A DNA stretch of 63,283 bases, the filler included, from Craspedostauros australis (taxonomy: Eukaryota), in assembly GCA_030167865.1 (NCBI GenBank). It is 9 parts of 9 records of this genome, joined end to end, with 100 filler letters (N's around TTAATTAATTAA, not from the genome) between each part and the next. Parts side by side here need not be neighbours in the genome. Positions count along the whole stretch, not along the records: positions 36,594 to 48,004 come from JALAGF010004358.1; positions 48,105 to 50,636 come from JALAGF010004361.1; positions 50,737 to 55,025 come from JALAGF010004362.1; positions 55,126 to 63,283 come from JALAGF010004363.1; 5 more parts are not named here. One strand, written 5' to 3'. This document shows positions 45,221 to 55,883 of this stretch, piece after piece. Made by a program: the position numbers and the translations under genes. The notes beneath the pieces are model-generated. The model did no database searches and was not told the origin of the DNA. It saw only the letters and a list, made by a program, of their open reading frames with translations. How positions within the stretch are numbered: the first letter of the stretch is position 1; each line of letters opens with the position of its first letter.

Positions 45221-48004
45221 TCATTGCACCATCGACAGTAGCTGCTCCACCTTCTTGCTTGCGCCCCAGCGGCGGTACAGCCGGATCGACTCCTCCAGAT
45301 ACACGTTCGCCACATCCATGTTGCCACGACGCCTCTGGAATGCAGCATACTTCTCATTCGCGATCGCTTCATCTTGAAGGCGCTTCAGATCCTTGGCCAC
45401 CTTGATGGACTCCTCGTACGATGATGCCGCCTTCGTGCGCTGCTTCCTCAGGTCCTTGTCCTCGGCCTCGAGCAGCAGGATGTTGTGAGGGAAGTTGGGA
45501 CATCCCTTCTTGGCCCATGTCTTGAGCAGCTTCACGCAGCTCCTTGCAGTGCTGATGTACTTGCGGTCCTTCGAGGTGCGTGCCATGGCGAAGCAGCACA
45601 GCGCCGCGTGGAACAGGAACTGGGGCAGAGAATACCCGCCAGTGATCTCCTTCACCCAACCCAAACAGGATGTAACAGCAATCGAAGCGCCGACCTCGTG
45701 GTCGCCGAAGATTGATGCAACGTACAGGGTGTACGCGCTCTGTATGGTGTTGGTGAGAGGAGCCAGCTCGTGGTCATCCGGATACGCATCTTTGTTGATG
45801 TCGTAGGCCTCTCCGATCAGCTTGGTCGTGTGGCGTGACGAGCCGCGGAGGTTGAGGACGCATTGCCAGATGATGCATGTGATCTTGTGCTGGAGGCTGA
45901 GCTGGAAGTCGAGCATGACGTTGGTGTAAACCATGAATTCGGAATCCAGTTTGGCCAAGGGCTTTCCAGTCTGGAAGGAGATGCTGAGGAATGAGCCCAA
46001 TGCCCACATGGCGGCTTCCATGTCGCCGCAGGCCATACCAAGCCGGTAGGCCTCCATCATCGGCTCAATAGCGTTCTCTAGCGGGTTCTTCCAGTGGTAG
46101 GTGTTGGCGTAGAAGTTGAAGATTGTCCGGCTGTCGAAATCTCGGTTGTCCGTGGCGTTGAGCATGCTCATTCCGATCTCACCACATCGTTGGCCACCGT
46201 CAAAGTCTCCCGTGGCAAAACCGACGATAATGCTGAGGAAGGCGAGCGCAGGGGCCGTGTTGGGCGTGATACCTCCGCTGATGCTACGCCGGAGGGTTTT
46301 GATCACAATCAGCCCGACAATGTCTGGCTCCGTCAACACCGAGGCGGCCCCAAGCTTATCCAAAGTCTTCATCACAGCCATGCTGTGCTCATCCTCGGAG
46401 AGCGGCAGCTTGTCTTTCATATGAGTCTCGAGTGTCTTCACCATTCTGTTGGCTCCCATCAAGCCTCGGATGGTGTACCATGTACGTCCAGCCTTGGATT
46501 TGGGGAAGTTGCAGCCAAGCTCGGACAGCAGATTGACGTAGATGTCAACAGCAGTCATCCCGTCGTTGAAGTTTGTGGTGTTGACGAGGCAGATGTCAGC
46601 AAGAACGTGGTAGGCCTTCACCTTCTTGATCACCGGGCACTTCTGCTTGATGACGACCTCGCAGTAAGCCTGTGCTTGCGCGAAGCCGGATGTGACGAAG
46701 CAACTCTCAGCCGCGGACGAGTACAGCTCGATGCTCTGATCCAACGAGTTGCTCCAGTGCTCATGTGGCAGCAGATCGATGGCTGCCCTAAAGTACACAG
46801 AGGCCAGATGGAATGCGGAAGACTTGACCGCATTCAATCCAGCACTGTAGTTGAGCATTGCGATCTTCATCCTGCGTTCCATCTTGTGATGGTTCGGCAT
46901 GAGATCTGGTCGTGTGTTGAGAAGGTTGACCACGACGTAGATCTTCGTCTCCAGCTCATCGTCGTTGAGTCCGTACAGCAGCACCTCACCGACTCGGTAC
47001 TTGAGCTCGGAGAGATCTTCTGGTGTCGGTGCCATCGAAAGCGCTGCTTCCTGGACCTTGTCATGGGTGAAGACGAATTTCTGCGATGGACCGTAGGTCT
47101 TGGACCCACGCCGGCTCTTACGACGATCCTTGTGAGTGGAGGATGATTCAGACTGCGATGGCTGATTCGTGATCTTTTGGATCAGACCCTCCCGGCAGCA
47201 TTCGTCGAGCATGGAGCGGATCTGAGGATCGCTCATGAAGGTCTTGGTTTCGAAGACCCTGCGGAAGAACCTCGAGTGGTCAGAATGGATGGTTAGTCCC
47301 TTCAACACTGTGCAGACATTGCCAAAGGAGAATGTCGCACCCAGACATGCCACGACGCAGAGGAATCGATGTGCGGTCGTCGCTTCCTGAAACTTGCTCC
47401 TCATGAGAGCGAAGATGTCATCAGCGGTGATTGTCGCGGAATCGACGCCGATCTTCTCGAGATCGCATGTCCACAGTGGTGGTGAGGACGAGGAGCTGTT
47501 GCGTCCGTACCGAATCAAGTTGCTTTTCACGAGCGACTCGAGGTACTGTTGCATGAAGAATACGTTGCCTCCCGTTCTGGCATGTACCAACTTGGCAAGC
47601 TGGCGGAGCTGATCTTTCGGCATGCTATGGGCTGCAGCGTCATCATCATCCAAGTTGGGAGTGGATGAGGTGGAGACGGACGACACCGTGAGCACCCGTG
47701 CCAAGTACTCTTCGACCTGGTCTTCATCCAGATCGCGGACGGGAAGGTCGACGATGCGGATGGATCGTTCTCGCTTGGATTTCTCGAGCAGCTCCAGCGT
47801 TGCCTTGAGGGTCGGGTTCTCATCGAGCATGTTGCAGCGATAGGATCCGATGATGGTGAGGGATGTGTTGTCGCTGTCCAGCAGCCATGATTGGATCATG
47901 TTGAGGGATGCTTGATCGGCCCATTGCAGATCTTCGACGGCGATGACGACGGGGCAGTAGCTGCATAGTAGCTGCAGGAACCTGCGCATGACGTACTTGA
48001 GCCG
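45221..48004 (-). CDS. Second copy (3' part) of STAND ATPase paralogue C, including the C-terminus
   Basis: Identical to copy 1 where they overlap; ends YRRWGASKKVEQLLSMVQ*. Confidence 0.88.
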   Translation of the reverse strand, partial: RLKYVMRRFLQLLCSYCPVVIAVEDLQWADQASLNMIQSWLLDSDNTSLTIIGSYRCNMLDENPTLKATLELLEKSKRERSIRIVDLPVRDLDEDQVEEYLARVLTVSSVSTSSTPNLDDDDAAAHSMPKDQLRQLAKLVHARTGGNVFFMQQYLESLVKSNLIRYGRNSSSSSPPLWTCDLEKIGVDSATITADDIFALMRSKFQEATTAHRFLCVVACLGATFSFGNVCTVLKGLTIHSDHSRFFRRVFETKTFMSDPQIRSMLDECCREGLIQKITNQPSQSESSSTHKDRRKSRRGSKTYGPSQKFVFTHDKVQEAALSMAPTPEDLSELKYRVGEVLLYGLNDDELETKIYVVVNLLNTRPDLMPNHHKMERRMKIAMLNYSAGLNAVKSSAFHLASVYFRAAIDLLPHEHWSNSLDQSIELYSSAAESCFVTSGFAQAQAYCEVVIKQKCPVIKKVKAYHVLADICLVNTTNFNDGMTAVDIYVNLLSELGCNFPKSKAGRTWYTIRGLMGANRMVKTLETHMKDKLPLSEDEHSMAVMKTLDKLGAASVLTEPDIVGLIVIKTLRRSISGGITPNTAPALAFLSIIVGFATGDFDGGQRCGEIGMSMLNATDNRDFDSRTIFNFYANTYHWKNPLENAIEPMMEAYRLGMACGDMEAAMWALGSFLSISFQTGKPLAKLDSEFMVYTNVMLDFQLSLQHKITCIIWQCVLNLRGSSRHTTKLIGEAYDINKDAYPDDHELAPLTNTIQSAYTLYVASIFGDHEVGASIAVTSCLGWVKEITGGYSLPQFLFHAALCCFAMARTSKDRKYISTARSCVKLLKTWAKKGCPNFPHNILLLEAEDKDLRKQRTKAASSYEESIKVAKDLKRLQDEAIANEKYAAFQRRRGNMDVANVYLEESIRLYRRWGASKKVEQLLSMVQ

Positions 48005-48104
48005 NNNNNNNNNNNNNNNNNNNNNNNNNNNNNNNNNNNNNNNNNNNNTTAATTAATTAANNNNNNNNNNNNNNNNNNNNNNNNNNNNNNNNNNNNNNNN
48101 NNNN

Positions 48105-50636
48105 GCCTTGTCCCATCGGTTGTTGCGCAGCTGCTTCAGCTCCTTGTCGACGATGTCGGTGGCCATGACGCCGTTGACGACAAGCTGCCGGAAGCGTTTC
48201 AGCTCCGTCGGTGTGGCGCAGATGCACGCCCTGAGGTCCCTGTATTCGTCAGACACGAACAGCTCCCACGACAGCGCCAGGGAGTTCTGTTCCGCGACAG
48301 ATCTGTTGTTGTAAATCTTCGCGATCCGGGTGTTCTCCTTGACGAGCTGCGCGTTAGGGATGCCAGCATGATCCACATCGTGGATCATGGCCGAGAATGC
48401 GCAGGCGAGCTGGGTGAGCGGATCGGACGTGATGCCGTACGTGTGATCATGCAACGTGGCTGCGACGTCTCTGTTATCGCTCCTATCCCCATCGCCATCA
48501 TTGCCATTGTCATCGTTGGTTGCTGTGCTGTGCTGTGTCGCCTGCTTGATTTCGTCGAGATCAGTAGGTGCCACGATGCGAGCCAGCAGCTTGACGACGG
48601 ACATGGTGACATGCGACGCATGCTCGAAGTTATGGAACGCATTGTCTCTGTACATCATGGCGATGTTGGACACGAAGGATCGAAGCTGGTTCACGATGGT
48701 TAGATCGATGGTAACGTGATCAGGATCCATCTCCATGCGCCCGACCTGTTGGTCGTATGCCGGTAGGTGGATGATCTCTTCGACTTCATCGAGCGGATGG
48801 AGATGGTTGGAATCGAAGTTGTCCACAACTGCCGTACTCTCTTGGCCATGGCTGGAGTTCTTGTTCCTGGACAGCAACGACTGTGACGACTTCGGGGAAA
48901 GGGACTGCTGTTGCTGCTGCTGCTGTGTGGCCTCCCTACGAGCCACGATGTGTCGGATGATGTGCAGCAACATCTCGACGTTCCACTCCACCAACCGCGA
49001 TGTCTTCTCTCGGTAGTTGATCATGGCTTTGGAATCGGTCCCTGCCGCACCTTGAGCATGCTTGCCGTGGCCCGATGTCTTTCCATCGCCTCCGGTCAGG
49101 TGAATGTTAATCTCCGAGATGGTACCCTCGCTCGTGACACTCTCCTCGTCGGATGAGCGCTTCGATGATCGGATCCAGTAGCTGTTGTGGCATGCGTTGG
49201 TCGAGTTTTGACAATGGGAGCGTGCAAGCATATGCAATACAGGATAATGGATAGGCACAGGCACAGGCATAGAAGTAGTTGCAGCACCAACAGCGTTGAT
49301 CGAATCGGTGAAAAAGGGGGATGGTGACGTGCGTGTGAGTCAATGGAATCCAAAGCACGTTCGAATGCAGTCATGCATGTTGCGTAAAACAGAGTGCTCA
49401 GAGTCCTGGACAGTGCTCGTACAGTGAGCAGATCGCACACCACACCCTATCACACCAAGTTCCCACTTACGTTTGCATCTTCCCCTTGCCTTTGGCCTCC
49501 ACGGTGTGCTCGCGCTTCAACAACCAGGCACCTTCCCCAGAGGCCTTCAAGTATTCCGCAGTCTCGGATGACACATGGATCCGGCCGACCTCGCCCGTCT
49601 GCTCGATACGAGACGCGGTGTTCATGGTGTCACCAAACAGCTGAAAACGGGCCCGTTCTCCTCTCAGCACACCCGCCGTGACCGGTCCGGAGTGGATCCC
49701 AATGCGCAACGACAAGTCCGCCGTATCTGGNNNNNNNNNNNNNNNNNNNNNNNNNNNNNNNNNNNNNNNNNNNNNNNNNNNNNNNNNNNNNNNNNNNNNN
49801 NNNNNNNNNNNNNNNNNNCGTCTGGGATCAGGGATACCCGTCGCAGCGACGTAACAATCGCCGACAGTTTCCACCTTGAAGACCCTTCGTGCCTTGGCGA
49901 CTTGATCGAAGGAGGAGAAGATTTTCTCCAGCAACGTGAAGACTTGGGATGGTTCTGTGCAAGTAGCGTCATGGGGTGCATGTAGCATGTGATGTCGGAG
50001 TTCCACGCGGCGGAGTGGATGGCCGTTGCCCATGATTGTTGGAGGACCCCAGTATCAATATGAGCCACAGTNNGNGGGTTGAAACGAAGCAATCCAAAGC
50101 ATAATCCAGAAAACGTGAGAAGGACGATGGCGAAGCAGCGGCGGCAGCACATCAGCAGTAGCAATGGCAGCAGCAATGATAGCAGCAATGGCAACAACAA
50201 CGTCGGATATTAACGACAGTGCAATTCAAGCTCTCGGACAACACTACGGGCGCAACCGCTTACCTCGGACTGAGCTCCAGGCTGTGAAACCAGCGATGTC
50301 AGCAAACAGAATGGTCGTTTCCAGGAACAGATCGGCCAATGGCTTTTCGTTCGCCGAATCCTCCGACGTGTGTCCGCTGAGATAGTTCTTCAAGTTTGCG
50401 ATGCGTTTGTTGGCTGCTGTCTTGCCATCGCCACCTGCGCTGTTGCGAGCAATCGCTTCCTGCTCCAACAATCGGCGGCGGATGTTCTTGGGAAACAAGG
50501 ATGATACGATGGCATTGGATCTTGCAACATTCTCCACCAGGTTTTCGTTTCGCTTGTAGACGAACAGGTCGTAGACGAAGAAAACGGCGATGACAAAGAC
50601 GAAGGTCGCCATGACGATGATTCCGAACCTTTCGGG
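48105..50636 (-). CDS. Membrane class III nucleotidyl (guanylate-type) cyclase fused to a cyclic-nucleotide phosphodiesterase; partial at both ends; exons 50264-50636, 49471-49954, 48105-49181
   Basis: TM helix; TILFADIAGFT, FKVETVGDCY, RIGIHSGPV, FQLFGDTMNTASR, KGKG; PDE motifs FHNFEHASHV, IHDVDHAG, MATDI; GT-AG introns 49955-50263 and 49182-49470 keep frame. Confidence 0.92.
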
Positions 50637-50736
50637 NNNNNNNNNNNNNNNNNNNNNNNNNNNNNNNNNNNNNNNNNNNNTTAATTAATTAANNNNNNNN
50701 NNNNNNNNNNNNNNNNNNNNNNNNNNNNNNNNNNNN

Positions 50737-51292
50737 ATGATATCGCGTGTCGGTAACCGTGGAAGTGCGGATGGGGACTCATGGGGGAGAGCTGATGGAT
50801 GGATGCATGCACACAAGGCAACAGGGATGATTGCGATCAATCGCAGTACACGGAAATGTGCGGGCTGTTCCTTCTTCTGGTCCTGCACAGCGTGGTGCTC
50901 TATGATGTCGCACACAACCTTTGCCGCAAACAAGACTTGAGCTCGACGAACGAAGTTGATTTACTTCGCTCTTTGTTTGTTCTCTGCCGCTCCTGTGTTA
51001 AACGTTGGGTCGCAACATCCCATTGCAAACCTCGTGACCACTTGACAAACCCAATGGCGTCGCTTCTGCGACACTGCCATGACGCAATAACGAATACTCA
51101 ACACCTTCTTGCTGCTCGAATCGAACGATGACATTTCCATGTTCCAACCGAATGAATTCATCACAATCGCTGGCACTCGCACTGCNGTGGAATGAAACNA
51201 CGATGTAACTATGGATCNTGATACCGTGCGAAACNACGGAAACCTTCCNTCTCTCTNCTCNTCATCATGCCACAACAACACATGCTATTCTA
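50737..51292. repeat. Near-identical to 55126-55681 (shared start of contigs 8 and 9)
   Basis: Direct match at offset 4389. Confidence 0.9.
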
Positions 51293-51315
51293 TCATACTT
51301 ACTCTACACCGATAG

Positions 51316-51623
51316 GCACCATCTCCATCCTCGAGCTGAAGAACACTATCGAGTCTGAGATCTACACCATAAATGAGACTAAAATTATTCTGGAGACCCT
51401 GGTGATCAGCCTGGAGGGTGCTACTCAGGACGCTGACACGTTCATGGCGTTGGTGCAGGGATGCAACAGAATGAAGCAGATTCGCACCGAGATCGGAATC
51501 GAGAGGCTCAATTACATCATGGATAACATCAAGGAGCAGACGGAGCTGGCACAGGAGATCAACGAGGCCTTGTGTCTTCCCTTGCGTGAGGGAAGTGAGT
51601 CGAGCTCTCCTGACCTAGACTGA
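51316..51623 (+). CDS. Divergent Snf7/Vps32 (ESCRT-III, CHMP4-like) terminal exon or pseudogene fragment
   Basis: After a TAG acceptor: ESEIYTINETKIILETLVISLEGATQDADTF...MKQIRTEIGIERLNYIMDNIKEQTELAQEINEAL resembles Snf7 helices 2-5. Confidence 0.7.
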
Positions 51624-53199
51624 TAACTAGCTAGAATATCCTAGTCTCCCAATTGAGTCCAGTCATGTATCTACTGTTGCCAGCACTGGATCGAGTCCGG
51701 TAACGTCCGTGACTGAGACCAGTCAGTCGAGTCCAACCATGCGAGACTCAACTCAGTCGTAACTGCAGGGCCAACATATGGAAACATGCCACCACCAAAC
51801 TTGATGCCAAAACATGAAAGCAAGTAAATGAGCGACCAGGTGGCGCAGGTTTGGAATTCAGGCGTGGTTCTTGGAACAGGCACGGAGTAAGCAGAGGCAG
51901 CATGGCAGAGTGCGCTACTTGTGGAGTAACGCGAAGTAGAGCAGGTGGAGGCAAGAAGGAAGGAAGGTAATCATAATCTACAAATATCCCTCAATCGTCT
52001 GCTGGCATAAGGCACAGTGAATTCACTCCTTACGATTGAACATCGTACTCAACAACAACAACTGCCAAACCGTCCAACGAACAACGATGACTGAAGTCAA
52101 GCCCGGGCAAGAGCCCGTCCTCTACTGGGAGAAGGAAGAAGCTCGGACCTACCCACACAACATGTATGTGAAGATGGACGTATACGACCCGTGTGAGCGA
52201 AAAGCGGTGCGGTCCAGGCAGAATGCATTTTGGCCCAAGCTTGTACGGCCCCTCATAAAAATCAAAACCTACATTTGTATATTTTATCATGCTGGTAACA
52301 TCATGCAGGTGGTATATGGTGAGTCCAGGCCTTAGTTATAAAGTTATAAGGATGGCAATTTACCGTTTTAGAGGCAAAATACAGTGCAAGCAGACAGACG
52401 TTTCTTTTCTGGGGATCATGTCACGACACGTGGAACCCATTTCTATCTGATTTTCGCTTTCTTTGTGTTTTGCTTGGTGGGAAGCTTGATTTGAAAAAAT
52501 TGAGGTGCCACTGCCAACGTTACGGACGTTAATCGGAGTCGAAAAAGTGATGACGTTCTGCATGTTTTCGTTAAGTACAGTGTGATGTCACATGTTCCGT
52601 GGCTCATGACATCGCCAAAGTTGCGTGTGGTTGGACAGACGTTCGAATTGACGTCTTCATTCCGCCTGGTTCAGATCAGAGCTGATTCTCGCGTGTTTTT
52701 TGGTTGCGAAAGCATGCGTTTGCCAATCCATTTCGAAGTGTGTGTTTGTGGCGCTGGTCGTGGGAGTGCGAATGCAATCGACGGATTCCGTAATTTTGGA
52801 TCGAGTTATTCGATGGAGCTCGTCGTTATTGTGCGAGTTCTGCCACATCGAGCACTTCTTCCAATGAGATTGTCTGCCTCGCACTCTGATCAACATCTTT
52901 GTTCTTCGCCATCCATCTTCTCCAAAGTGCTGGAAAGAACTAACGCGAAGCGTAACAGGGGTGACAACGGAAAACAACGGAGGGGACGCGTACCGGTGCA
53001 CGTGTGGTTGGCACATGTCAGTGTGGGAGATCTGGCGTCAACTGGCGACGACAGCATCGCATGAAACACCCACCCAGCATTGTGCACATCTTTGTGCACA
53101 AAAATTGCGCTCCTCCAAAAAGAAGGAGCGGCGACATCCAACGGCCTTGGCCCTTGGCCTCGACGCTGCAGCATCCCCCCCCCCCCCCCAAGGAAAACA

Positions 53200-54900
53200 T
53201 GGCAATAGCAACACAACAAGAAGACAACACCATGGAGAGCAACAGCAACACGTGCAAGAGCACGAGCTGGAGCACAAGCAGCAACACAAACACAAACACA
53301 AGCAAAAGCATGAGCTGCAACACAAACAGAAACACAGCAGGAGCGCGAGCAGGTGCACAAACAGAAACACAAGCAGCAACACAAGCAGGAGTGCGAGCAG
53401 CGACACGAGCAGGAGCAGCAACAAAAGCAGCAACAAAAGCAGCAACACAAGCAGCAACACAAGCAGGAGTATGATCAGGAGCGCGAGCAGGAGCACGAGC
53501 ACGAGCAAGGACACAAGCAGCAACACGGGCAGTAATACAAACAGAAACACAGCAGGAGTGCGAGCAGAAGCACGAGCAGCGACGCAAGCAGCAACACAAA
53601 CAGAAACACAAGCAGCGACACAAGCAGGAGCACAAACAGGAGTACGAGCAGCGACACAGCAGGAGCGCAAGCAGGAGCGCAAGCAGGAGCGCAAGCAGGA
53701 GCACAAGCAGCAACACGAGCAACAGCATGAGCAACAACACGAGCAACAACACAGCAGGAGCACGTGCAGGAGCATGGACAGCAACACAAGCAGGAGTGCA
53801 ACGAGCAACAGCAGGAGCAGCAACACAAGCAACACCACAAGCAACACCACAAGCAACACCACAAGCAGGAGCGCGAGCAGGAGCGCGAGCAGGAATACGA
53901 GCAGCGACACAAGCAACAACACAAGCAGGAGCGCGAGCAGGAATACGAGCAACAACACAAGCAGCAACACGAGCAACAGCATGAGCAACAACACGAGCAA
54001 CAACACAGCAGGAGCACGAGCAGGAGCATGGACAGCAACACAAGCAGGAGTGCAACGAGCAACAGCAGGAGCAGCAACACAAGCAGCAACACAAGCAACA
54101 CCACAAGCAACACCACAAGCAACACCACAAGCAGGAGCGCGAGCAGGAATACGAGCAGCGACACAAGCAGCAACACAGCAGCAACACGAGCAACAACACA
54201 AGCAGCGACATGAGCAGGAGCGCGAGCAGGAGCACAAGCAGCAACACAAGCAACACAAGCAACAACACGAGCAGCAACACAAGCAACAACACAAGCAGGA
54301 GCGCGAGCAGGAATACGAGCAACAACACAAGCAGCAACACGAGCAACAGCATGAGCAACAACACGAGCAACAACACAGCAGGAGCACGAGCAGGAGCATG
54401 GACAGCAACACAAGCAGGAGTGCAACGAGCAACAGCAGGAGCAGCAACACAAGCAGCGACATGAGCAGGAACACAAGCAAGAGCGCCAGCAGCAACACAG
54501 CAGGAGCACAAGCAAGAGTACGAGCAGCAACACAAGCAGCAACACACGCAGGAGTGCGAGCAGGAGTACGAGCAGCGACATAAGCAGGAGCACAAGCAAG
54601 AGCACGAACAGAAACACAAGCAACAACACGAACAGAAACACAAGCAAGAGCGCCAGCAGCAACACAGCAGGAGTGCGAGCAGGAGTACAAGCAGCGACGC
54701 AAACAGAACACACAAGCAAGAGCACAAATAGGAGCAGCAGTGGATGCAGCAACAAGAGCAGACAATGGCACAAGTGGAAGACTGCAGCAACCCAGCCACA
54801 GAAACCTTAGCAACACGAGTGGCAGGCAGCAGCAATAGAAGACAGCAACACCACATGCAGCTTCAACACAACAATGGCGCCAGCAGTGCTGCAGCCCAGA
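53200..54900. repeat. T-poor degenerate satellite with ~12-bp units (GCAGCAACACAA / GCAGGAGCGCGA variants) and higher-order repeats
   Basis: Read directly; long low-complexity ORFs on both strands. Confidence 0.9.
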
Positions 54901-55704
54901 TGAAGCAGTCAAGAGAGCACCATGCTCCAATTTACCACATTGTAATACAGTAATATAGGCTATAGAATACTCCTTTTAATTCAGTAGTCTCAACTCACTA
55001 GTTCAGTTTCGGATGTTTGGCCTGCNNNNNNNNNNNNNNNNNNNNNNNNNNNNNNNNNNNNNNNNNNNNTTAATTAATTAANNNNNNNNNNNNNNNNNNN
55101 NNNNNNNNNNNNNNNNNNNNNNNNNATGATATCGCGTGTCGGTAACCGTGGAAGTGCGGATGGGGACTCATGGGGGAGAGCTGATGGATGGATGCATGCA
55201 CACAAGGCAACAGGGATGATTGCGATCAATCGCAGTACACGGAAATGTGCGGGCTGTTCCTTCTTCTGGTCCTGCACAGCGTGGTGCTCTATGATGTCGC
55301 ACACAACCTTTGCCGCAAACAAGACTTGAGCTCGACGAACGAAGTTGATTTACTTCGCTCTTTGTTTGTTCTCTGCCGCTCCTGTGTTAAACGTTGGGTC
55401 GCAACATCCCATTGCAAACCTCGTGACCACTTGACAAACCCAATGGCGTCGCTTCTGCGACACTGCCATGACGCAATAACGAATACTCAACACCTTCTTG
55501 CTGCTCGAATCGAACGATGACATTTCCATGTTCCAACCGAATGAATTCATCACAATCGCTGGCACTCGCACTGCNGTGGAATGAAACCACGATGTAACTA
55601 TGGATCATGATACCGTGCGAAACGACGGAAACCTTCCGTCTCTCTTCTCTTCATCATGCCACAACAACACATGCTATTCTACCGTACTTACTCTGCACGG
55701 ATAG

Positions 55705-55883
55705 GCGCCAGCGCCATCCTCATGCTGAAGAACACTATCGAGTCTGAGATCGACACCATAAATGAGACTAAAATTATTCTGCAGTCCCTGGTGATCAACT
55801 TGGAGAGTGCTGCTCAGGACGCTGACACGTTGGTGACGTTGGAGCGATGCATCAGGAAGTTGTCGGAAAAGGAGAAAAGCTGA
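55705..55883 (+). pseudogene. Truncated Snf7/Vps32-like exon, second variant
   Basis: ESEIDTINETKIILQSLVINLESAAQDADT, then similarity is lost and a stop follows. Confidence 0.65.

Noticed and set aside
52347..52365. TAAGGATGGCAATT as a hAT-like TIR
   Set aside because: No inverted partner or TSD found in the contig.
53700..54460. Possible CRISPR-like array
   Set aside because: No constant repeat with unique spacers, no cas genes, eukaryotic context.
52890..54930. 430-630 aa Cys/Leu-rich and Gln/Ser-rich ORFs on both strands
   Set aside because: By-products of a stop-poor satellite; peptide character switches with frame slips.
4159..55125. Recurring TTAATTAATTAA palindrome and apparent clustering of ATPase, TE, phosphatase and cyclase genes
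   Set aside because: These are artificial spacers. Adjacency across them has no biological meaning, so no cross-contig cluster is claimed.
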